This document shows positions 24,467 to 34,166 of a stretch of DNA of 64,000 nucleotides, piece after piece; the first letter of the stretch is position 1; every line of letters starts with the position of its first letter. The stretch lies in contig OX337239.1 of the NCBI GenBank assembly GCA_946965045.2, positions 930,001 through 994,000 of the forward strand, in the 5' to 3' direction. Under the pieces are notes generated by a model. It was not told the origin of the DNA. It made no database searches and worked only from the letters and a program-made list of their open reading frames with translations. The DNA is from Epithemia pelagica (taxonomy: Eukaryota; Protista; Bacillariophyta). The position numbers and the translations under genes were made by a program.

Positions 24467-26003
24467 TTAGTTCTGTTCATATGTTGTGGAGTTGACGACA
24501 GGTGGGGCAGTGCCACCACCAGTTTTGTATTCGTACGAGAAAGGTGCAGGGCACTGGACCAAACTCAGGGTTTTGGCCCATTCATACAGTTCAATATCCA
24601 CACGATTGCGTCGACGAAGGTAGTCGTACACGTCCTCATATTTGAGAACTTGATCCAGTTGTTTCTTGTGATTGTGGCGACGTGGTGGAGGGGGAGGAAG
24701 CTTTTTTGGGGGTAGGGCGCCGGAGCTACTGGCATTGGTAGCCACGGTTTGCCAAGTTTCCCCATGGCCTGCTCTGTCGTGGAGGAGTTGGGTCGTTCGA
24801 TCGAGATCAAACCCAATTGTTCTGCCATGGCATCCATACCATCATCCAAACATTCAATATCCAATACATAGGTGAATCGTCGAATCACCTCTTTGGCCGC
24901 TTCCAAATGACGATGACTCGTGTCTTCGCCGTGGCAACAGAATTCTTGTTTGGAAGCGTTTCCGGAGGAATGTGTGCTTCGTAAAGCAGTAGACTGGTTG
25001 CACACTTTATGCAACATGAAATTATCTGTGTTGCTTTGTGCCGGTCGGACGAGTTTGGCATAATCCCACCACTGTTCCTTGGTTCGATTTTTTGTACGAC
25101 CGTATATTCGATCGATAACACCGTCTCCTGCAGCCAGCCGAGCTATGGGATGTCGAATTATAAAGACGGAGATGATTCTTGGGTCTTCCCAATTGGTGGC
25201 ACTGAAAGGACGAGGGTAGGTCGTATGCCCAAACTCATGGGAGACGAACTGCATCCCCTGTTGCAACAAAAAGTCAACGTTGACTTTCGTCTGATCATGG
25301 GCCCAAGGTATGTCGAATGGTTGCACCGTTTTGGATTTTTGCTCCCAAATTGCCATATCCTCTTCTGTCGTACTGCTCCTGTTACGGAATTCCTCAAGTT
25401 GTTTCTTCCGTGGTGCCATGCAAATTCTAAAGTCTCGAGTCCCCTTTGTCGACCAAAATAGCCACAAAAGCTGGTTCCTCCATGATGCGTCAAATGGACA
25501 TTCAACAGAAGGCCTTTGCCGCTGCGAAAATTTTGCTTTTGAACATCCTTAATGCTTGGAGTAGGTTCCCCATCAATAGCTTTCTGCTGGGTCCTCAGAG
25601 TACTGTCGTCCTTCTGCTTTTGAAGATCCTTAATGCTTGGAGTACGTTCCTTCTTAATAATGATGTCATTAACTTGATGGGACGTCAGCGTTTTGTGATC
25701 CGTCCTGCGAAGCGTAGAAATGTCACCAAAGGATATGATGATGATGGTGATGAATGATAGCACGAGGACAACGTATCGACCAGTCCTTGATCCGATCACA
25801 AGGTTGGTGCTTGGCTTTGTTGTAACAGAAGGCATCCTATTGCTGCTGGAAGGTTGTGAGCCTTTCTTTGAACGCAGGTGGTCAAGATGTACCATGAGTT
25901 TCTTTCGAGTCCAAGAGGCCGAACGAGGGAAAAAATGATCCACTGTGATCCCTGTTTGTTTTTGTGAGCGGGCCAGATTCCCGCCCAACCGGAAGTAGAT
26001 CAT
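24467..26003 (-). pseudogene. Sulfotransferase-like paralog B' with two frameshifts (about 25420 and about 24745)
   Basis: Homology to 12892-14164 is split over three ORFs (25158-26003, 24565-25467, 24467-24745); the first shift looks like a 4-nt slip deletion relative to TATGCGTGCATG in B. Confidence 0.7.
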
Positions 26004-26293
26004 TCTCTAGAGCGGGATCGGCTTTATGGCCAATACTAATACCCTGGAATAATATTCTCTACTTAGAAATCATGTACGCGGGGGAGTCCTCATTCCTCAT
26101 ACATTTCACTTCACCCCCCAGCGGGGGTGGAATATAGGATATAGGCTGTAGTTTGACAGAAAGTGGTTACAGCCTCGAAACTACCCCCGCTGGGGGCTGA
26201 TCCAACCAAACGTCACCATACGAATCCCTTTGTACTTTGTCCTGATGAACAATATTCATTCAAACGCTTAGGTTTTGTCATAGTGTCCAACAA

Positions 26294-28291
26294 TTGGTTA
26301 AATTTATACAAACGCCTTATCGCTTACGCCACATTGTGACCTGCTCGGGTTTTTCAGGATACGTCATAGTCATAGCCATCAACCTCTCCTCATTCATTCT
26401 CTTCTTGACGTCCAATGTAGCAAGTCAGTGCACCATGGCGGATTGGTACAAGGTATCGTTGACACCGAGCAGTGCGTCTCGATTGAACAACATTCGAGAA
26501 GAACAAGACGATAATGATCATGGCTCTACTACTACCACCAAGCCGCAACAGCCGCCCTTGACGTTTGCTTCGCGTCGTTCGCCCGTCCTATGTCGATCGG
26601 CCTGTGTAGCCACCTCCCAAGTGTCGGCCAGTCGGATTGGCTATGACATTTTGAAACAGGGTGGTAACGCGGCCGATGCGGCCATTGCCATTGCCGCCAC
26701 CTTGGCGGTAACCGAACCCTGTTCGACGGGGTTGGGAGGAGACATGTTTTGCTTGTATTATACGGCCCAATCCCATCAAGTGTCGTGCATTAATGGGAGT
26801 GGCCGCAGTCCCCACGGCATGACCTGGGATCGCATCCAACAAGCGCATCCGGCAACAGCCGAATTATCTTCTTTGTCCGAGCCTCCTCGGATTGATGCCG
26901 ACCGCTTTCGCGATTCGGCCTTGTCGGTGACGATACCGGGGGCCGCCCAAGGCTGGTACGATTTGTATCAACGGCATGGAAGTGGCCGCTTCACCTTTGC
27001 TGAATTGCTCGAACCGGCCGCGCAATTGGCCGAAGAGGGTTTCCCCGTGGCGCCCATTACCGCCTTTCATTGGTCCAGTGGCATGTCCCAAATTACCAAA
27101 TGGCTCGACGACACGAACGACTCGACCCAAAAAGTCCCCTTGACCACACCCGACGGTCACGCCCCGGAACCGGGCAGTCTCGTGTACAATCCCGACCTGG
27201 CCCGTGTCTTGCGGGAGTTGGGCGCACATGGTCCACAGCAAGGCTTTTATCAAGGTCGGACCGGTCAGGCCATGGTCGACGTGGTCCAAGCGCACGGTGG
27301 ATGTTTGACTTTGGAGGATTTGGCCCAGTATACCACATCCGACTTTCCCACGCCAATTTCGGCCACGTACCGCAACATGCGCGTGTGGCAAGTCCCTCCC
27401 AATGGACAAGGCATTGCTGGATTGATTGCCTTGACCGCAATCGACGAATTGGAAAAAGTCTATTACGACAACAACACCAAGAACGATGCTCCGACTGGAT
27501 TGAATCAAGTCGGAACGGCCGATGCCTATCACTTGCAAATTGAAATGATGCGATTGGGCTTTGCCTACACCCGTGCGCATGTCGCCGATGCCACTTGTAT
27601 GACCGTGTCGACGGACGTTTTGTTGGATCGGTCTCGCATTGCGACCCAGGCCAAGGCCTTGTACCATCCCCATCAAGCAACCATTCACGGCGTTCCCGAC
27701 GCCTCGAGTTGTACAGTCAGCTTTCAAGTGGTGGATGCCATGGGCAATGCCATTTCCTTTGTCAATTCCAATTTTATGGGCTTTGGGACCGGTTTGGTAC
27801 CCAAGGACTGTGGATTTACCTTGCAAAATCGAGGATTTGGCTTTTCGTTGGACCCGAATCATGTCAATGCCATTGCCCCCAACAAACGACCCTATCATAC
27901 CATTATTCCAGCCATTTTGACGCATGCCAACAACGACGACAATGAATTCTATGCCACCCTGTCCAACATGGGGGGCAATATGCAACCCCAAGGTCACATG
28001 CAATTGACCATGGATTTGGTGGCTGGACAAATGGATCCCCAAGCGGCCATTGATATGCCACGATTTTGCATTGTCGATGGGAGTCAAGACGGCAAGGTTT
28101 ATTTGGAAGAGGGTGTCGATCCCAAAGTGGTGGAGGAATTGAAACAACGGGGACACTTGTTGGTCCCCAACGTCTCGGGACATGAACGAAGTATTTTTGG
28201 ACGCGCCCAAATCATTGTCAAGGATCCTCAAACGGGCGTCTTGTGGGCCGGATCCGATGGCCGAGCGGACGGCTGTGCCATGGGATACTAG
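26294..28291 (+). CDS. ggt: Gamma-glutamyltranspeptidase-like Ntn hydrolase (YwrD-like subgroup); likely start about 26434
   Basis: GGNAADAAIA, VTEPCSTGLGGD, PPNGQG, CTVSFQVVDAMGN (Thr nucleophile), LQNRG, PNKRPYHTIIP and GGNMQPQGH. Confidence 0.93.
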   Translation: MVKFIQTPYRLRHIVTCSGFSGYVIVIAINLSSFILFLTSNVASQCTMADWYKVSLTPSSASRLNNIREEQDDNDHGSTTTTKPQQPPLTFASRRSPVLCRSACVATSQVSASRIGYDILKQGGNAADAAIAIAATLAVTEPCSTGLGGDMFCLYYTAQSHQVSCINGSGRSPHGMTWDRIQQAHPATAELSSLSEPPRIDADRFRDSALSVTIPGAAQGWYDLYQRHGSGRFTFAELLEPAAQLAEEGFPVAPITAFHWSSGMSQITKWLDDTNDSTQKVPLTTPDGHAPEPGSLVYNPDLARVLRELGAHGPQQGFYQGRTGQAMVDVVQAHGGCLTLEDLAQYTTSDFPTPISATYRNMRVWQVPPNGQGIAGLIALTAIDELEKVYYDNNTKNDAPTGLNQVGTADAYHLQIEMMRLGFAYTRAHVADATCMTVSTDVLLDRSRIATQAKALYHPHQATIHGVPDASSCTVSFQVVDAMGNAISFVNSNFMGFGTGLVPKDCGFTLQNRGFGFSLDPNHVNAIAPNKRPYHTIIPAILTHANNDDNEFYATLSNMGGNMQPQGHMQLTMDLVAGQMDPQAAIDMPRFCIVDGSQDGKVYLEEGVDPKVVEELKQRGHLLVPNVSGHERSIFGRAQIIVKDPQTGVLWAGSDGRADGCAMGY

Positions 28292-28759
28292 GTAATCGCA
28301 TCGCAGCAGCAAAAGGTCATCCTGGTATCGATGCCAGCTGACCGATACGAGAGGAAACGAAAAAATAGACCAATCTTACGAGTCCTTTGGTACGATAGTA
28401 TTGTCAAGTCTCGAACCAAGGGTGTGTGTCGACGAATGTTCGACCATCTGATGGATTGGGATATCGTTCTAGCTCGAAACTGTCCACACGTTTCATCCAT
28501 CGGTTGGCGCCATTGGAATCCGAAAAGAATCTACAAGAAAGACAGTTTTACGTTTGGGATTCTTCATGGACAGCAGCACCGCCGAACTACGGTTGGCCAT
28601 GGTAAGATCCGTGCAGATCAATGGAGCTTGTTCTGCAGCTAAACGATGTAAGAACGTAAATAAGAAGGTTATCCAATTGAGGTTTATACATACTGTACTT
28701 ATATGCAACGCTATGTGATTAGCCCAGCATTCTTTACCCAGCGCCACGACCCATTGGTG

Positions 28760-31476
28760 CTATTGTTGCTCCTGTTGTTCACGACGAATAGCATCCAACA
28801 ATTCCCGTTTTCGCTCTCCCGACTCCACCATTCGCTCCACTTCCTTGGCTTCCAATTTGTTGCTTTGAATGTAGTCTTGCATCTGTTCTTCGATTGAATT
28901 TTCCGAAGACAATTCCAAATGAAGCTCCTCGTCTTCCAACGAATGAAGTTTCTTGTCGTCATCAACCGCCTCGTCTACGCCATCGCTTATAACAACAACA
29001 TCGTCATGGATGGTCGCGACATCACTCTCCTCCAATTCTTCTTCAAACTCGGTTTGTTTGTTGTTTTGGTTGAGACGTAACATTTTTCGAATGGGGTTTT
29101 CATCGTCATTGTTGCTTTCGTCGCTCTCAGTAAAGGTACCCACGAGATGTTCGACACGAACATGGAGAATTCGTTTGTCGTCGGCATGAATCACTTCAAA
29201 GCACCAACCTCGGGTCATGATAAAATCTCCTGGACGAGGAATTTCGCCGGCACACATACACAAGAATCCCGACAAGGTGGCAAACTCTTTCAGTGCTTCC
29301 TCCTCTTGGAGCTGTAGGGAGAGAATGGTATCGACATCATCCAGTTCAGCGTCGCCTCGAATAAAGAAACTGCCATCTTCCTGGAGAGTAATCGAATCTT
29401 CCGAAAACTGAAAATCATCGTCGTCATCTTCATCGTAAATCTCTGCCTCAAAATCAATGTCATATATATATCAACAGGGTCAGACAACGCGGGCTTCCAC
29501 AACTCTCATGTCCCTACACAAATGAAAAACTTACCTCCCACAACTTCTTCCACAATGTCTTCCAAGGAAACCAAACCTTCAGTTCCTCCAAATTCATCCA
29601 CGACGACAGCCATGTGGACTCGACGTTTGCGCATCTCTTGCAAGACGGACCACCCATTGGCCGTATCGGGTACAAAGTAGCACGATTCAATGAGTCCAGC
29701 ATCGGCAATGGACATTTCCATACGCGCCGCCAATTCGGCAGCCGTCAATGTCCGTACATAGCCTTCTTCGTGACCATCCTTGGCCAGAATGGGAACCTGT
29801 TCACTGGAATATTTAGATTTACCACCGGTGCCACTGCTGCTGGAAGTCGATGACGAACCACTTGAGTTGTCTTCCGGAACAGGCAGTGATGATGATGAAG
29901 AAGAAGAAGACATGGACGAGGATTTTCTCGAAGTATTGTACTTGTTTTCATTGTCATTGTCCACAATCACTCCATGAACAAAAAAGTCCAGGACCGATTT
30001 GGCCAAGACAATACCGACAATGTTGTCAATTTCGCCATCGTATACAGGAATACGAGAATACCCTGATTCCCGAATTATTCCCAAGACTTTGACGACCGAC
30101 ATGTCAATGGGTACGGCTGTGATATCCACTCGTGGTCGCATGACTTCCTTGACTCGTTGATTTTGCAAATTTAGGACACCTTGAATCATTTCTCGTTCGC
30201 CATGATCAATGGTCCCACTGTCCAAGGCACCCGTCACAATCAAACGCAGTTGTGAATCTGACACACTGCTCCCAGCGCCCTTCTTCTCTTCCTTGACTCC
30301 CAACAACCGCAGCGTAAACTTGGCCAACCAACTCAGAGTGATCCCCAAGGGACTCACCACAAGCGACAAGATACTAATAGGTGGAATCATGAGCCGGGCC
30401 ACTCGTTCGGCATTGACGACACCCAGCGATTTGGGCAAGAGCTCAACAAAAAACAAGGTCAGAGCCGTCAAGACTATGGCGCCCAGACGTTCTCCACTGC
30501 CAAAGATGGAGGCAAAAAGTTGGGTAAACAAGGTCGTCATGAAAATGGAGCAGGCTGTGGAAGTGACCAAAATGGTGGTCAATACTCTGGTAATGTCTTC
30601 ATTTAAGGTGGTGAAAACACCTCGCGATTTTCCCTGTTTCTCCTCTTCTTCGGCAATCTCTCGGACCTTCCATGGATAGAGGGTGGTAATCGCAATTTCT
30701 GCTGCATGTAACAAGGCCAAGGCGACAAAGAGACAAAACCATAAACTTCCGAGGGAGACCAAATCTTTGCGACTCAGCGGACCCAAGGACGATGATGCGG
30801 CACTACCAAAACCACCGCCACTAGCCATCGCGGCCATGGGACGACCCAACAAAATACCACCACACAAACCCAGCAACGTACAGGCCAAGATCCAGACAGG
30901 TTGTCGTCTTCTTCCAAACACAGGTTGCATCGTGACACTGTTTCGCAACGCAGCACCAAAGCGGTCGAACAAGCCTCTTCTGCATCGCTGTGCGACGGCC
31001 CTTTTCCCTTTCGCTTGTACGAAGCGGGAGGCAAAGATTCGCTGGTACATATTTCGAAACGGCGCAGTGCATAACTTTGAAAATTTTCTGTTCAGGGGAA
31101 AAATGTCGTTGCTCGTGGTATCCTGCACGGCTTTCGGGAGTACGCAGCCTCTACCGCGAACTCGATCCATCCAGGAGGATGACCGAAAAGTTGCAGAAGA
31201 AAAAGTCTTGGTGGGCATGACAAAGGCATGTGCCATGAACGTACGGCTGCCCAGAGCCGGATCCTCACGAAAAGCAAAGTTGCTGCTCAATACAATCAGG
31301 ATAGCTAGAAACATCATTGGAGTAGACACATGTTTTCTTTTGGAACTAGAAGTACCGCAATGTCTCCGTGGTCGATGATGCAACTTGTTCGGTAGGGGTG
31401 TTACAATCGCATTGATCGCGGGAAACCTCCACCCTAACATGTCGGAATGTATCCTGCTTCCATACGTGTACTCCAT
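28760..31476 (-). CDS. CNNM/CorC/HlyC-family Mg2+/Co2+ transporter (DUF21 + 2 CBS + CorC_HlyC), probably plastid-targeted, one intron about 29447-29532
   Basis: AAEIAITTL, FFVELLPKS, VKEVMRPR, GYSRIPVY, HMAVVVDEFGGTEGLVSLEDIVEEVVG|EIYDEDD and TLSGFLC..GEIP; AHAF motif near the N-terminus. Confidence 0.9.
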
Positions 31477-31885
31477 TGTTTGGGGACCAGCCGCTCTTGT
31501 TCGTAAACACGCTATTTGAAAAAGACGACAACCTGGGACTAGGTATTCGATGACAGTCGTTCCTCACAACAACAACAACAACAACAACAAGAGACCGTGC
31601 TGCTTGTTTGGATTTTGGATTTGTGTCTGCGTCATCTAGAACGCATTACAGTCGCGCATTATCAGGATGAGGCGCCAGTGACTACCTAAGTAGATGTTGA
31701 TGTTTTCTAAGTCCCACCTAATCGATCCTCAAGAAGATTGAAATCTTTCCAATCAACTAGAAACAGAAGCGTACGAGTGTTCTGGCCAGCAAAAGTAAAA
31801 ATAAAATTAAAGGTATCATAGATTTTCTAATGTCACACACGAAACACACGATGATTGATCGAAACAGGGGTCATGGGCCTTGCAA

Positions 31886-33070
31886 TTTGCAATACTTCGG
31901 TGATCCATGATTTCAGTAGAGTGAAAGTGTCCTTCTGTTGTGTTTGCCACAAAAACAACACTCTAACTCTGCAACACATCTCCCAGGAACATACCCTTGG
32001 CCAGTTCATTTCCTTTGAGGTTTACGGAATATAAAAGGTCGACATAAAATCCGGTCCATACGGCGATCCGTCTCCTTCCCATTGACAATGATCTGTCCAA
32101 TGCCATCCATCACCTCCTGAACAAGACTTGGCAAGTGGAGTAAGGCAACAATCATCTTGATCACATTCGTTCTCATCCCATGCATCCGCGTACGTGTAAT
32201 GATTGCATTTCGTTGTGTCCTTGTGCGCGTCCTCCTCGCAGATGGTTGATTTACACACCGCCAAAGCACGGGCCGTTGGCGACCGCCTTGGACGAGAATC
32301 TTTGTGTGACGGCGGAGCATCATAAAATCCTTGCTTTACCACGGCATGAAACTCATGAATCGGATGAGAAGGGTGTCCTTTTTGAAGTCTTCGACCAGGC
32401 GACACAGACCAAGAGCGTCGGCCATTGCTGTCCGTCACCTCCTTGCATTCGTATTGAAAGTCGGTACACATTGGATCCGACCCATCATCGCGTCCAAAAC
32501 AAACAGTGTCGTAAAAGGAACCGTAGCTGCTACCGCTCGCAGAAACACCCACTGTGACCACCGAAACCTTTTGCCCTTCTCCATTTTCTACCACAATCGT
32601 GGTCTTGGTGCCTTCCATGGTACGATTCATGAGACGGGCGGCATCGTGCATGTTAATGCATACCTGTGAATCTCCATTGGGCAATGTCACTCGAACCGCT
32701 CGAATCGAAGAGCCCGAGGAGCGGATCACAACCGCTGTATTCTTGCCCTTGACCACCATAACACCCGTGCTTTTATTCACAGTCGTGTCCTTGGCCAAGC
32801 GCGCGGCGGCAAAGGCGGTTCCTAAATTGGAGAGGGCCAAGATTATGACTGCTCCAAATAAGGCCAGTACCCAAAAGCGAAGCCGGCTATTGACGTCACG
32901 CAAAGACATGGTTTGTTCCACAATACTTGCAACCTGTTCATTCGTCAATTGACCTTTCCCGTCGACATCTAAATTACGCATGGTTTGCTCCGCCGGTGTC
33001 AAAAAGCCCTTCTTGCCCACGTCGTAATGCTCCGATGTAACTGACAATTGCTTGGGCGGCAGGGAACGCG
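31886..33070 (-). repeat. Left arm of a long inverted duplication (partner about 60318-61495)
   Basis: The reverse complement matches the right arm through the CDS and 3' flank, e.g. GCAATACTTCGGTGATCCATGATTTCAGTAGA vs TCTACTGAAATCATGGATCACCGAAGTATTGC. Confidence 0.9.
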
Positions 33071-33326
33071 ATGCAAATGCGAGGGAACGCGATGCAGACA
33101 TGGTGGTGGAAGGCGGATTCGTACTGTATCTGAGGGCGACATTGGGAGAAGAAACTGAACTGCTTGGAGCCTGCTCTTTGGACAAGGAGGAAGAGGAAGA
33201 AGAGATCTTGGTCGGTGAGGATGGATCTTCTCGAGGGGCAAGCTCCGTGTCTTCAACACTGGAATCTTCGGGGATGGATTCAATGTGACTTGGGGCTCGT
33301 TGAGGATCCATATTATAATAATACAA
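32022..33326 (-). CDS. Unknown type II membrane protein (EF-hand-like DVDGKG, TM, RRL site, Cys-rich C-terminus), copy 1
   Basis: 434-aa ORF; near-identical paralog at 60131-61366. Confidence 0.75.
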   Translation of the reverse strand: MYYYNMDPQRAPSHIESIPEDSSVEDTELAPREDPSSPTKISSSSSSLSKEQAPSSSVSSPNVALRYSTNPPSTTMSASRSLAFASRSLPPKQLSVTSEHYDVGKKGFLTPAEQTMRNLDVDGKGQLTNEQVASIVEQTMSLRDVNSRLRFWVLALFGAVIILALSNLGTAFAAARLAKDTTVNKSTGVMVVKGKNTAVVIRSSGSSIRAVRVTLPNGDSQVCINMHDAARLMNRTMEGTKTTIVVENGEGQKVSVVTVGVSASGSSYGSFYDTVCFGRDDGSDPMCTDFQYECKEVTDSNGRRSWSVSPGRRLQKGHPSHPIHEFHAVVKQGFYDAPPSHKDSRPRRSPTARALAVCKSTICEEDAHKDTTKCNHYTYADAWDENECDQDDCCLTPLAKSCSGGDGWHWTDHCQWEGDGSPYGPDFMSTFYIP

Positions 33327-33635
33327 TTTTATGAGCGTTGTAGAGTCTCGTGTTACGTATTCGTTGGAGTCGATGAGTGTTCTTTCACAAGCAAAGCAAG
33401 AAAGGCCTCACCTCTAGGCTCTAGGTTACGGCTACGCCTGGCGCCATTACTCTCGGAATCATGGAGCGGGGGGACAGCCCGCTTGTGACAAGGGGCCACA
33501 TAGACGAACCGCTTTTCGGGCCCCACATCTACTAGCCCTCCCAACCACCAATTCACAGCGGACTCGAACCCTGGACACCCAATGTCGTGCTTTGGGGATG
33601 TGGAGGCATGTGTCTTTGCTCTTTGTGCCCGTGGC

Positions 33636-33816
33636 TTTTTGTTGTTGTTTTTTGTTGTTGTTTTTTGTTATTGTTTTTTGTTGTTGTTTTTTGTTGTTGT
33701 TTTTTGTTGTTGTTTTTTGTTGTTGTTTTTTGTTGTTGTTTTTTGTTGTTGTTTTTTGTTGTTGTTTTTTGTTGTTGTTTTTTGTTGTTGTTTTTTGTTG
33801 TTGTTTTTTGTTGTTG
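33636..33816 (+). repeat. 13-bp minisatellite (TTTTTTGTTGTTG), about 14 copies
   Basis: Read directly; it also produces the 13-aa periodic spurious ORFs in the track. Confidence 0.95.
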
Positions 33817-33896
33817 CCGCAACGTGCATTTCCCTGTGTTCTCTGTGTAGAAGTTTTTGGTTGTTTTTGGCGGGACAACGCTTACAACTCGACGGG

Positions 33897-34143
33897 CGTT
33901 GTCTGTACTGATGTGGAGTGACGTGGCCGATGCTGGCCAGACTCCTGCGACCGACATCAGAGGTGCGACCGCTCCGCCTCCTCGTCGCGAGGCGAGCATC
34001 CGATTTCGTTCCCCTCGGTTCTACGATTTGGATGACTCCTGATTCTGGATCGAAGGAGCGTGAGAAGAGCTCACTCTTCTCGGGTTCAGCATCTTTGCAT
34101 CGATACGAGACGAGTTCCAAGATCGCAAGGTCCTAGTTAGCTA
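33897..34143 (+). repeat. YR element 1 repeat A1 (247 bp)
   Basis: Direct repeat of 41505-41751 with few substitutions. Confidence 0.95.
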
Positions 34144-34166
34144 TCATCAAGCATTTGTAACTTCCT

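Noticed and set aside
26864-28312. Long antisense ORFs opposite ggt and other genes (e.g. 11278-12171, 14869-15573, 30683-31378)
   Set aside because: They are shadow ORFs expected from codon bias and contain no motifs.
33459-34120. Several ORFs with KQQQKTTTKNNN or CCCFLLLFFVVV periodicity
   Set aside because: They are translations of the 13-bp minisatellite in all frames.
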